Shown here piece by piece: positions 35,401 through 47,338 of a DNA stretch of 64,000 bases (its first letter is position 1; the number at the start of each line of letters is the position of its first letter). This stretch comes from a virus (lineage: Duplodnaviria > Caudoviricetes): positions 1 to 64,000 of the IMG/VR virus record IMGVR_UViG_3300033463_000095. One strand, written 5' to 3'. The notes under the pieces were generated by a model, which saw nothing but the letters and a program-made list of their open reading frames with translations, was not told the DNA's origin and ran no database searches. The translations under genes and the position numbers were made by a program.

Positions 35401-37844
35401 TAGTATGCGGAAATGAAGCTCAAGCAATAGTATGTAATGCTAGCGGAAATGTAAGTGCAGCAACAACTATAACAATTCCTTTTGCAGGATATATTGGAAG
35501 TAGTAGAGCTGCATGTTCAGTTACTTATAGTACATTGCCTAGTGGTATCACTTTAACATCTAATACTGCAGCAACAACTAGTGCAGATGGTAGCTTAGTA
35601 TTAATGGTTGCCGCAAATTCGAATCTTGGTGGAACAACTAATGGAGTAATTACATTAACATTTAGTTGTAATTCACAGACTTTTGTTAAAAAATTTAACT
35701 GAGCAAAATCTATTGCAGGAGTAAATGGAACTAATGGAACAAGTCCTTATAATGTTATTTTGACTAACGAATCACAAAGTATTGCTGGTAGTACGACTGC
35801 GGCAATAGCTACTACAATTACAACTAATGTTCTTGGATATATGGGAACTTCTCAACAAAACACAACTGTTGGAACTATAACTGGACTTCCTACAGGAATG
35901 ACTGCCGCAATAAGTAATAATGGTTCAACAAATACTTCTATTACTTTTACAGTTACTACAAGTATGACAACTAAATCTGGTCAAGTTACAATTCCAGTTA
36001 CTATGGGATCAACAACCATAAATAAAATTTTTAGTTATTCATTAAGTTTAACAGGTGCGACTGGATCTGCAGGAACCGCCGCCAAGGTTGTAAATATTAG
36101 TCCTAGTTCACAAATATTTAAATCAACAACCGGAGCAAGTGGAACATTTACTCCACAATATATATATTTATATCCTAATTTTCAAGGGTGTAGTTATTCT
36201 AAATGGCAATACTCAACGGACGGAACTACTTGAACTGATGTAACAAGTGGTTCTAATAGTCTAACTATCGGAACTTATAATTCAATAGCTAATAGTTTGA
36301 GAATTGAAAGAAATAGTAATTTATATACAAGTTCAATTACTTCAGTTTCATTTAAATGCATTTCAAACACTGCAAGTGTTTATGATATTGTTAGTATTGC
36401 TAAAATATATGATGTAACTGAAATTGAAATAGGTGGAAGGAATTTGATTTTAGGTACAAGTAAAGATGAATGAAGTTTTACTGCTAATATGTCTGATTAT
36501 TATAAATTTTCTAGTTATGCAAAAGAATATATTAAATCAACAGATACATTAACTTTAACATTAGAAGCTAAAGGTAGTGTAGCTATGTGATTTGATATGT
36601 ATTATAGATCAAGTTCAACTTCTTACACTAGTGGTTTTTATCCAACATTTCAAGTTACAACAGATTATCAAAAATTTACTTACACTCATTTATCAGCTCA
36701 AGATTTAGCAGATATGACTTCATTAAGAATTAGACAAAATGCAAGTTCTCACGGTAGCAGTTCTCAACAAGGTACATTATATATTAAAAATTTAAAACTT
36801 GAAAAAGGTAATGTAAATACAGATTGAACCGCTGCTCCTGAAGATTTAAAAAATAATCAATTATTACAATACGCAACTACAGAAAATGCGGCGGCCCCTG
36901 CTAGTGGAGCGTCATGGTCGCCTTCAGTTCCAATATCTACAGAATATTATATTTGACAAAGAATGCAAACAACTTATGACAATGGAACTATTGAATATAG
37001 TACTCCAGTATGTATTTATACGCCACCAATTCAAATAAGTAGTATTGAAGAGCAATATTTTATTCATACTAGCGATACGACACCGCCATCAGAAAGTTCT
37101 ACAGAGTGATTAAATAAAAAACCTGAATGAAAAGATGAATATTATCAACCTTCTACAAGAAGATATTTATGAGTTAGAACTAAATATACTTATACAGGCA
37201 ATATATCAAAAGTAGAATATTCAATACCTTATTATGATCCAACTTGAGAAACCATTTCCGCACTTAATGCATCTATAATTGAAAATGCAGATAAGGTTAA
37301 TGCGGCAATTAATAATGGTTATGTTACAATTAAAGATGGTTATATTGAAATTAAAGACACATCAGATCCAAATAAAGGTATTTTGTTAAGTAAAGAAGGT
37401 ATTTCATTTAAAATAAATAATAATACTTATACTTCTGTATGAGCTCTTGATGGTACATTTAATGCTCAAAGTATTTTAGTTCAAAATTTAAATGCAAGTA
37501 ATATTTTAAGTGGTACGCTAACATTGCAAGAAGCAAATGATTCAACTAATGGAGTATTTGTATTACTAAATGATGGCGGAAATCAAGTTGCAAAAATAGA
37601 TGTTAATGGTTTAAAGGTAACTGCTGTTGATGGTAGTTATGTTTATTTAAGAACAGGTGAAGATGATAATACTAAAAAAGGTATTTATTTAGTAGATGCT
37701 ACTGGAAATACATTTGTTAGTAGTAATACTACAAATGGAATATTTACAGTAACTAAAGAAGTTATTACTGATTATCAAGAGTTTAGTGGTAATATTAGAA
37801 TTATTCAACTTGGTAATCGTGGAATTGGATTTATTGGAATCTAA
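29487..37844 (+). CDS. Giant tail adhesin/host-specificity protein (2785 aa) with repeated beta modules and short collagen-like Gxx runs
   Basis: One frame under code 4; repeated GRGITS...YQ.G.SGT.PP..W...P.V..G.YLWT and YxRYS...KYxGIY...WSKY modules; GAQGPAGPAGKDG; GGRNL...KLEKGN..TDW..APED segment. Confidence 0.85.
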
Positions 37845-37865
37845 TAAAAGGAGGAAAAAGGATTT

Positions 37866-40265
37866 ATGGCAACATTTTTACAAGAAGTTAATTTAGATGG
37901 ATGAGCTGGTGGGAATTTTTATTTAAAATTAACTTATGATTTATTATCTCAAAGCGTTGAAAATAATAAGTCTACAGTTCGTTATTATGAATATGTTGGC
38001 TCAAGAAATGGATGATCTGGTTGGGGAGCTGATGCGAGCGGTTATATTAACGATGCTTGAGTTGGTTCCACAACTTCTATTGGTACAAACTCTGAAGTTT
38101 ATTTAGGTTATAAAGATATTGAATATACTCATAATACTGATGGTACTAAAACTGCAAATTATAAAGCGGGTTTTTATACTTCTTGGGATGGTGTAGGTGG
38201 AGCTACTTTTGAAGGTACCTTCACTTTACCAACTATTCCTAGATATTTTAGTTCGGATCCAGTATTTACATTGAGTAAAAACAATGAAACTAGTTTTTCA
38301 GTTAGTTGAACAACACCTGAAAATTGTAGTAAAGTTAGATATAGTTTAAATAATGGGGCATCATGAACAACAGCTCAAAGTAGTATAAATACTACATCAG
38401 GAACTTTTACTATTTCTGGATTAACTGCGGGAACCCTATATAATATAGTTGGAGAATTCACAAGAAAAGATAGTAGTTTAACTAGTAATGTTACTTCACA
38501 ACAAACTACTTATAGTTATCCTTATATTAGTGCAATTACGCCTACAGCAGGGTCGGTATGGAATATGAGTGGAAGTTCACAAAATGTATCTGCAACAATT
38601 TATAATCCATTAAGTAGAAGTATAAAAGCTTATATTTCAGTTAATACTACTTCTGGAACGAAAGTAGTAACTTTTACTACCGGAACTGGAACAAGCTTTT
38701 CTAGCTCAATGACTAAATCGACTGTTAATAATGCTATTACAACAGCTCAATCAGCTACTCTAATTTATTGATGTGAATATTCAACTGATGGAACTAATTA
38801 TACAACTAGTGGAACAACAGTTACTAATACTTACCAGTTAAGAGAAGCAGATTGCAAACCTACAATAAGTAATTTCACTTATGATGATGGAAATTCAACT
38901 ACTAAAAGTGTTATTGGTAATAGTGGACAGACATTAGTTCAAAATTATAGTATTTTAAAAGCGAAAGTTGGAACAGCTACTTATCAATATGGTGCTACTT
39001 TTAAATCTATGACTATTACATTAGGTAGTAAAACAGTTGCGGCAACCATTAATACTGCGGCAGAACTTGGTAAATTTAATTATTCATCTGCTCAAACTAT
39101 GAGTGCAACAATTACAGATTCTCGTGGATGAACCCATACAATAACTAAATCTGTTACATTTGTTGGTTACTCTCCTCCGCAAGTTAGTGTTTCAGCGCAG
39201 CGTACAGGTGGATATGGTACTGCGGCAACATTTACAGTTAATGCAAGTTATACAAATATTACTATTGGCGAAACTCAAAAAAATGCTTGATCAAATAGCA
39301 GTACTGCATATGTAAGATACGCGATATCACCTGCGCCATCGACTCCCGCCGCAACTGGTAATGTAAGTAATGCAAATCCAGTTAATGATGTTGTTACTAA
39401 TATAACTGGTGCAGATAATGATACTACTTATACAATTACTATTTATGCTAATGATAAAATTACTAGTGCAACAGCAACTGCTACTTTTGGTAAAGGTCAA
39501 CCTATTTTAGGCGTATTTAAAGATAATCAAACAGTTGGTGTAAATAGAATTCCTGAAACAACTGATGCTTCTGGTTTATATGTTACAGGAGTTACTAATT
39601 TAAATGGTGCGACTACTATTACAGGTGCTACAGGTATAACTGGAAATACAACTATCACAGGAAATTTAAGTAATGTAACAGGAACTGCTAAAATAACTGG
39701 TGCGACTACAACTGCGGCAATCACTGCCAGTGGAAAAATTACTGCAAATAATACAACTGCAAGTACTTCTACCACTACTGGTTCTATAATATGTAAAGGT
39801 GGAGTTGGAATTGCTAAAAATAGCTATTTTGGTGGTAATATAAATGTTACTAGTAATGCAACTATAGGAGGAACATTAACAGTAAATTCTAAAACATTGT
39901 TAGATTGAACTCATCCTGTAGGTAGTATTTATATTTCTACTGTTTCAACCAGTCCCGCAACATTATTTGGTGGAACTTGAACACAAATAAAAGATACTTT
40001 CTTACTTACCGCAGGTGATACATATACAGCTGGAGATACTGGTGGAGAAGCTACACATCTATTAACAATAGATGAAATGCCTAGTCATAATCATAATAAT
40101 TTGAAACCTAGATGAAATACTAATCCTGGAGCCAATGCCGTTTACGGTTCTACTGGTGAAGGTTCTGGTGCTCAATATGATTATTTATTTTATTCAGGCG
40201 GCGATCAACCTCACAATAATATGCCACCTTATCAAGTAGTATATGCATGAGAAAGAACAGCTTAA
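37866..40265 (+). CDS. Siphovirus minor tail protein (DUF859-like) with C-terminal fibre-tip domain (799 aa)
   Basis: PTISNFTYDD, ITDSRGW, Thr/Gly-rich stalk, C-terminal HPVGSIYIST...FGGTW...HNNMPPY.VVYAWERTA. Confidence 0.7.
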
Positions 40266-40274
40266 TTTATAATT

Positions 40275-40314
40275 GGGTAATTTAGGTTAATCTAAGTTAC
40301 CTTTTTTTTATATT
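40275..40314 (+). promoter_or_regulatory. Putative late promoter motif copy
   Basis: GGGTAA-N29-ATATT. Confidence 0.55.
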
Positions 40315-40334
40315 ATTAAAAAGGAGGAAATATT

Positions 40335-40697
40335 ATGTTTATAATAGATGGAGATACTTTTCATGTTACATGAGGAGATAAAGGTTCATTTGATTTAACA
40401 TTTGAAGATTATACTTTTCAACCTGATGATGAGGTTTATTTAAGAGTATATGAAGAAGATGCTATGGATGAAGAACCTGTCTTAGATAAAAAATTAGTGG
40501 TAGATGCGGCAACTGATACTGTTACTATGAATTTATTAAAAGCAGATACTAAACTAGGCGAACCAAGCAATGAAAGACAAACTTATTGATATGAAATTAC
40601 ATTAGGTCACGATGGTTCAATTCCAGATCAAACACCATTTTGTTTTAATGATAAGGGACCTAAGTTATTCTACATATATCCAGGAGGTGTTGAATAA
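40335..40697 (+). CDS. BppU N-terminal-like baseplate/fibre attachment protein (120 aa)
   Basis: MFIIDGDTFHVTWGDKG...YWYEITL...YPGGVE; two TGA; strong RBS; stop overlaps the next ATG. Confidence 0.55.
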
Positions 40698-43315
40698 TGG
40701 CAGGAAGTGCTAATTCAATAGTTGCACGTAATGTATTAAAAGGTACTCTTAATGCAAATAATTTAATGGAAGGACATGTAGATACCGCTTTTAATCCTAC
40801 TTATGCTCTTGTAGATGAAGCAGGCAATCAAATTGCTTTATATATTGATAGTTCTAATTATCAATTTTATGCAGAATTAAAAGATAAAAATGGTAATCAT
40901 ATAAATAGTTCCAATATTATTGATTTACCTCTTGAATCAATGGTTGTAAATGGAAGTTATGATGCTGAAACTAAAGAAGTTGTACTTACACTTAACAATG
41001 GTAATGAAGTAAGATTTAGTGTAGCAGATTTAGTTGAAGGTTTAGTTAGTACTGAACAATTAACTACTATATTAGGAGACTATGTTAAATTTACTAATTA
41101 TGCTGGTAATAGTATAAGTGGAGTATTTAAAACATCTAATGACTATGCAACAGAAACAAATAATGGTATATTAACCTCACAAACTAAAACTTATTCAGAG
41201 TACAATAATTTAAACAATAATGCTTTTATTTCAAAAAGTACTCTTGAAAATGTAATAACAGGTAAGGAATTAACTAATAAAACATATGTTGATAATGCAG
41301 ATGCAGTATTTGAAGAAGATTTATTTGGTAATGAAACTGTTAGTGGTAGTGGAGAAACTATTACCTTAAATAATACTACTGATAAAACACCACTAAAAAT
41401 AGACTTAAAAGGTAATACTTATCAAAATGGAGAGCCAACACCAGATACACCAATAGGCATACACGTAGTAAGTGGAGATAACTCTATTAAGGTAGAGGGG
41501 AAGAATTTTGCTTACTTTCCTAATGGAACTGACACAAAAAACGGAATAGATTTAACAGCACAAAATGGAATTGTAACATTAAACAATACTGCTACAGCAA
41601 ATGCAATTTTTAATTTTGCATTACCACATTATATTGAAAGTAATACTGTATGTACTATATCATTAAATAACTCAACAATTAATACAGGAGTAAGTGTAAG
41701 ACTATATGGAGAAACAACAGGAGATACTGAAACATCTTCAAATACGGAAGCAGATACTATAAATAAAACCAATACATTTACAACTACAAAAATATGTAAA
41801 GGTATAGGAGTTAGAGTAGGAAACGGAAAAACGGTAAATAATTTTGAATTAAAAATACAATTAGAAAAAAAAGATAGTGCAACCTCATACACCCCTTATG
41901 TATCACAAAGCTATCCTATAAATATTGGTTATGATTTACCAAGTGATTATCAGCAAGTGGAATATATTGAAACTGATGGAAATCAATATATAGATACAGG
42001 TTATTACTTAAATTCCAACAATCTTAATATAAAAACAAAAATATATACTCCAAATATACCAAGTGCAGAACAAGATATCTTGTCAAATCAAGATGAAACA
42101 ACAGGAAGATTTGTATTAGGATTATTTTCTAAAAGAGTATTTGGTTATAGTAAATATGGTTCAAGTAGTCCAGAAACTAATGTTTTCTCACCTTTTTATA
42201 ATGGAGAAGCGACATTAGATATTGAAATGGATTATAATAGTGCAACACAAATAAAAACATTGATAGTTAATGGAGAAACTAATACAGAATCTTTTAAAAA
42301 TAGTATTTCTAATTCAAATCAAAATATAAGATTATTTTGGAATACGTCAGTAAGCTCAACAACTGCACATTTCATAGGTAAAATATATTCAATGCAAATA
42401 AAAATTGATAATAGCTTGAAATTTAAATTTATTCCTTGTTATAGAAAAAGTAATAATGAAATAGGTCTATATGATTTAGTAAGCAATACTTTCTTTATAA
42501 ATCAAGGTACTGGAACATTCACAAAAGGAAATGATATACCCAATGGAATGGAACTATGTAAAATAGGAACATACCAAGATTATATAGTAAAAGATAATGG
42601 TAAATGGTACTTAAAAAAGGAAATAGGTAAAGTTGTATTGGATGGTAGTGAGGATTGGAATGTTTCTTCTTATTGGGGAAAAATTAATACTAATGTATAT
42701 TATGCTACTACTAAAAATGATATATATTTTCCTGATTGGACTAGCAATTATTGTCTATCTAATTATTTTACAACGTATGCAAGAAGTGCTTTATATTTTC
42801 TTGATGAAGATGGTTTTGGTTTTAGTGGAACAGGTGGAATAACAAACCCAAGTTTTACTATAAGAATTGATAAAACATTAGCAAGTGACACTCAAAACTT
42901 TCAAACTTGGTTATCAACACATAACACAATAGTCTATTATGTACTAGCAACACCAACTTATGAAGAAATAACCGATAGTACACTTATTAATCAATTAAAT
43001 GCTTTAGAAAAAGCAAATTCTTACGATAATCAAACTAACATTTCACAAGTGAATAACGATATGCCATTTGAACTTGCGGTAACCGCCTTTATAGATAGTA
43101 CTGCGGGTAAGTTAGCAGCAGCTGCCGCACAAATTAACACTCTTAATGAGGTAGATGATAATTTATCAGCTAACAAAGAAGATAAATCAAATAAAGTAGC
43201 AACCATTTCCGCATCAAGTACAGATACAGAATATCCTACAGCAAAATGTGTATATGATATAATTGGAGATATAGAAACCCTATTAACAACTCTTGATATT
43301 GGAAGCGGGGTGTAA
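40697..43315 (+). CDS. Tail fibre/receptor-binding protein 1 (872 aa)
   Basis: ORF track; contains one copy of the about 200-aa YxQVEYIExxGxQYIDTG beta module. Confidence 0.75.
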   Translation: MAGSANSIVARNVLKGTLNANNLMEGHVDTAFNPTYALVDEAGNQIALYIDSSNYQFYAELKDKNGNHINSSNIIDLPLESMVVNGSYDAETKEVVLTLNNGNEVRFSVADLVEGLVSTEQLTTILGDYVKFTNYAGNSISGVFKTSNDYATETNNGILTSQTKTYSEYNNLNNNAFISKSTLENVITGKELTNKTYVDNADAVFEEDLFGNETVSGSGETITLNNTTDKTPLKIDLKGNTYQNGEPTPDTPIGIHVVSGDNSIKVEGKNFAYFPNGTDTKNGIDLTAQNGIVTLNNTATANAIFNFALPHYIESNTVCTISLNNSTINTGVSVRLYGETTGDTETSSNTEADTINKTNTFTTTKICKGIGVRVGNGKTVNNFELKIQLEKKDSATSYTPYVSQSYPINIGYDLPSDYQQVEYIETDGNQYIDTGYYLNSNNLNIKTKIYTPNIPSAEQDILSNQDETTGRFVLGLFSKRVFGYSKYGSSSPETNVFSPFYNGEATLDIEMDYNSATQIKTLIVNGETNTESFKNSISNSNQNIRLFWNTSVSSTTAHFIGKIYSMQIKIDNSLKFKFIPCYRKSNNEIGLYDLVSNTFFINQGTGTFTKGNDIPNGMELCKIGTYQDYIVKDNGKWYLKKEIGKVVLDGSEDWNVSSYWGKINTNVYYATTKNDIYFPDWTSNYCLSNYFTTYARSALYFLDEDGFGFSGTGGITNPSFTIRIDKTLASDTQNFQTWLSTHNTIVYYVLATPTYEEITDSTLINQLNALEKANSYDNQTNISQVNNDMPFELAVTAFIDSTAGKLAAAAAQINTLNEVDDNLSANKEDKSNKVATISASSTDTEYPTAKCVYDIIGDIETLLTTLDIGSGV

Positions 43316-43317
43316 TA

Positions 43318-45738
43318 ATGAGTATAGCAAGTAGAATTGAGACCATAGAAGAACATATTAGTAATATCTATGACACACTGGAATTAGGCGGTGCAGATTT
43401 AACTAATGTAGATAAAAATATAATTAATATTGATGCTGAATGGAAAAATAGATTAAAAGATTATTTAGCTAATGGTATTGAAGTAATATGAGATAATTGA
43501 GAAAAAGTAGTAGGAGAAGGAACTCAATTAAATTTAACCCCAACAATAAAAGGCAAAATGAAAATAGATTTAAAAGGAAATACAAAACAATCAATTCTTC
43601 CTAGCGGTTATACACAAGTAGAATATATTGAAACAAGTGGAACACAATATATAGATACAGGTTATTATCTAAATTCTAACAATATTAATATAAAAACAAA
43701 AATATATACTCCAAGTATGCCAAATGAAGAACAAGATATTTTATCAAATCAAGATTATACAACAGGTAGATTTACTCTAGGTTTATATAATTATCATGTA
43801 TTTGGTTATTCAAGAAATGCAAACAACGGTGAAGCTAATGTTGATTCTTCAACATTTAGTGGAGGTCAAACATTAGATATTGAATTAGATTATAATTGGA
43901 CAACTAATAAAAAAACATTAATAGTAAATGGAAATACAACAACAGCAAATTATGTTTGGAGTATTATAAATTCAAATAGAACCATTAAAGTATTAAGAAA
44001 TGGTGCAGAAGATAACCCCGTTGTAAATGCTTTCATAGGTAAAATGTACTCAATGCAAATAAAAGTAGATAATCAATTAAAGTTTGATTTTATTCCTTGT
44101 TATAGAAATAGTGATAATGAAATAGGACTATATGACCTAGTAGGAAATCAATTTTACACAAATGCAGGGACAGGAACATTTACAAAAGGAAGCAATGCAC
44201 CAACACCAGAAACACCAGTAGACATACAAGTAGTAAGTGGAGATAACTCTATTAATGTATTTGGTTTACAACAATGCGTTCCTTATACACACACAAGAAC
44301 TGCTGGAAGTTTTACATTTACAACAAATGAAGACGGAACAATAACTGCAAATGGAACTTCAAGTTCAAGTTTTGCATCAATAACGGTTGCAAATGCACAA
44401 AGTTATTTGTTCACATTACAAGCAGGAACATATACTTTAAGTGGCGGATATAATAGTAATCTATTTGTTCAAATTGCAAATAATAGTGGTACTGCATTAG
44501 CTTATTCAGGAACAACAAATGAAACTTTTACATTAACAGAAGCAACACAAGTTTATTATCGTGCTTATGTAAATAGTGGAACAAGTGTAAGCAATATTAC
44601 ATTAAAACCAATGCTAGTAAAAGGAAGTGTAGCAAAACCATTTGAAGCATATCAAAGTCAAACTTATCCTGTTAATTTAGGAAATATAGAACTATGTAAA
44701 ATAGGAACATATCAAGACTATATAAGTAAATATAAAGATATGATAAAAGTACCAAGTGGATATACACAAGTAGAATATATACAAAGTAGTGGAACTCAAT
44801 ATATTGATACTGGACATAAAGCAACAAATAAAACACAAGTAGAAGCAAAATTATACACTACTGAAACAGGAAATAAAAACTGGTTTGGTGGGAGTGCTAG
44901 TTTACCAAGTTATTTTATATTTGATTCTTTTTCTTCAAATCAAATTGAATATAGATATGACAATATGAATAATTGGAGTACATTAACAATTCAAAATAAT
45001 GTCGTTAATAGAGATTTTATAGTTAAATTTGGTAATGGAATATTAGATATAGATAATGTTAATTATGCACAATTATCAACAGACACATTTCAAGATACAT
45101 TAAATTTATGCTTATTTGTTAGAAATGGTGGAAGTTCATATATAAGTGGTAGAATTTATTATTTTAAAATATATGAAGATAATACATTAGTAAGAGATTT
45201 CATACCATGTAAAAGAAACAACGATAACGCAGTAGGACTATATGATTTAGTAAGTAATACTTTCTATGAAAATAGTGGAACAGGTTCATTTACTTATGGT
45301 AGAGAAGTAGGTAGTTGGTACAAGTATGGTGCTATTGGTAAAGTAATATTTACAGGTGCAAGTTCAGAGGGTTGGAGTACACAAACAAATTATCATCAAT
45401 CTCCTCTTTCTAATCGTGGAATAGCAAATAACGCATTAACTACTCATTTTTCTTTAACAAGTACAAATGGTTTTACTACAACATCAGGTTATATAAGAAT
45501 ATGGGATAAAACAAAATTCCCTACTGAAAGTGATTTAACAACTTGGTTAGGAACTAATAATACGACACTTTACTATGCGTTAGAAACACCAACATATACA
45601 CAAATAACAGATAATACTTTAATAGGACAGTTAAACGATTTAGAAAAAGCAAAATCTTACGATAATCAAACTAATGTTAGTCAAGTAAACAATGATAAAC
45701 CTTTTATTATTGATGCAATAGCTTTAAAAAATATATAA
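43318..45738 (+). CDS. Tail fibre/receptor-binding protein 2 (806 aa)
   Basis: ATG at 43318, in frame with the 43558 fragment via two TGA (VIWDNWEK); paralogous scaffold to protein 1 with two module copies. Confidence 0.75.
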
Positions 45739-45829
45739 TAGGGTAATAATAATTAATTATATTAATTAAAAAATAAAATACATTAAGAGAAAGAGAATTG
45801 AATAAAAATATATAAAAGGAGGAAAATTT

Positions 45830-45901
45830 ATGAGTAAGTCAGGAATTGAAAATGTTGAAATAACTGGTCAAGTTTCTGGAGAAGAAGGAGGGGAAGAATA
45901 G
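45830..45901 (+). CDS. 23-aa acidic peptide upstream of the endolysin
   Basis: MSKSGIENVEITGQVSGEEGGEE; AAAGGAGG RBS; TAG overlaps the endolysin GTG. Confidence 0.5.
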   Translation: MSKSGIENVEITGQVSGEEGGEE

Positions 45902-46917
45902 TGTACGCAGGACAAAGATCTATTAGAGATGGTATAGAAGATTTTATGTGTCCTTTTACAGATTTCTATATGACTTGTGGACCTAATGAATCTCAATTTC
46001 ATATGGGAACAATGGCAATAGATGTAAGAGGAGCTGAACCTGGAGTATGTTATGCTTATTATGCTCCCGCTACTGTTAGATGTATCACTACATATCCACA
46101 ATCAGGTCAAGCAATGTGGCAAACTGTTAATAATGTAAGATGTTCTAATGGATACATTGGAAAAGTAACATTTATGACAGTACACGATGATACTTTAAAT
46201 GCTTATCCAGGTATGGTAGTTAATCAAGGTGATCAATTAGGTAATATGGGAACTAAAGGTTATGCTACTGGAGTTCATTGTCATATTGAATGTAGTCAAT
46301 CAGATAATACTTCTTGGTGGCAAAATAGTTATGGTAATTGAAATTTTAATTATGAGGTAGATCCTGAAGATGTGTTCTTTATGGATAATACTAATATTTT
46401 AAATGGAATGGGAAATTGGAAATATTTAAGTGATGTACCTGTAAAAGATAAAGTAACACCAAATGTAGATAGAGATGAATATAAAAATCAAATTGAAGTT
46501 ATAGTACCTGAATTAAGAGTTAGAACAGATGCTAGTTTAAGTGCGGAAATCCTTAGTTATGCAGGACAAGGTTATTTTGATTATTATGAAACAAGAGATA
46601 ATGATGACTATACTTGGTATAGAATTGCAGACAATCAATGGATAGCTTATTCAGATGAATGGGAAAGAGTATACCCTGCTAAACCTAGAGAAGAATTTGT
46701 TAATATTCCACCTACAATAGAAGCAAGAAATATCTATATGTTAGATGATAAATTACAATTTGCTGCTTTAAATCCAGGTAATACAGATGGTTTAAGTTAT
46801 AAAATATTATCTAAAGATGGAGAATATGCGGAAATTGCAATTGGAAATGTTTGAATTAAGGTTACAGATAGTACACCAGTAACTAACGAACCACAATATA
46901 GTAGAGGAAATAAATAG
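45901..46917 (+). CDS. Endolysin: M23-family peptidase plus SH3-like cell-wall-binding region (338 aa)
   Basis: HMGTMAID (HxxxxxD-like), MTVHDD, MGTKGYATGVHCHIE (HxH); C-terminal VPELRVR...YTWYRIADNQWIA; two in-frame TGA (46339, 46852). Confidence 0.8.
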
Positions 46918-46991
46918 CGGGAAGGCGGTCTGTCCGAACATGGGTAGATACCCTAGGACAGAGCGTGGCTTCCGCATTGGGAGGTTTTGTT
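46914..46991 (+). promoter_or_regulatory. GC-rich structured leader upstream of the holin
   Basis: Stems GCGG(G)AAG/CTTCCGC, TCTGTCC/GGACAGA and GGGT/ACCC directly before SD GGGAGG (46979-46984). Confidence 0.6.
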
Positions 46992-47234
46992 GTGAAAAAG
47001 AAATGGACATTAGCTGATAAACTTTATAAAATTTTAAAATGGGTTTTAGCAACTGCTGTTGCACCAACAGTAGCACTTATTACAGGATTAGGAGAGTTAT
47101 ATCATTTTGATACAACTTTAATAGTTGGAACAATTACATTAGTTGCAACTTTCTTAGGTGCATTGATTGGTTATTCTAGTCATAATTATAAAGTTAATCA
47201 AGCAAACGAATCAGGTAGCGAAGCAGCTGAATAG
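46992..47234 (+). CDS. Holin, Dp-1 family-like (80 aa)
   Basis: GTG start with SD; LYKILKWVLATAVAP...IVGTITLVATFLGALIGYSSHNY, two TM segments; follows the endolysin. Confidence 0.8.
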   Translation: MKKKWTLADKLYKILKWVLATAVAPTVALITGLGELYHFDTTLIVGTITLVATFLGALIGYSSHNYKVNQANESGSEAAE

Positions 47235-47253
47235 TTGCCGCTATCTTTTTTTG
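47214..47253 (+). terminator. Intrinsic terminator overlapping the holin stop
   Basis: GGTAGCG-AA-GCAGCT-GAAT-AGTTGC-CGCTATC plus T7. Confidence 0.65.
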
Positions 47254-47256
47254 TTT

Positions 47257-47296
47257 GGTCAAATATTTTTAATCTTCAATCCCTTTTTTTAATATT
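47257..47296 (+). promoter_or_regulatory. Putative late promoter motif copy
   Basis: GGTCAA-N29-ATATT immediately after the terminator. Confidence 0.6.
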
Positions 47297-47338
47297 ATAA
47301 TAAGGTAATAATACTTGAAGAAAGGAAGGTTTGTAAAG

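Noticed and set aside
32962-42842. Alternative-frame plus-strand ORFs 32962, 34093, 35152 and 42633
   Set aside because: They overlap long code-4 genes in another frame and lack RBS support.
41935-44190. Diversity-generating retroelement TR/VR pair in the fibre genes
   Set aside because: The repeats are only about 80% identical by eye, differences involve all bases rather than adenines only, both copies are coding, and no reverse transcriptase is seen.
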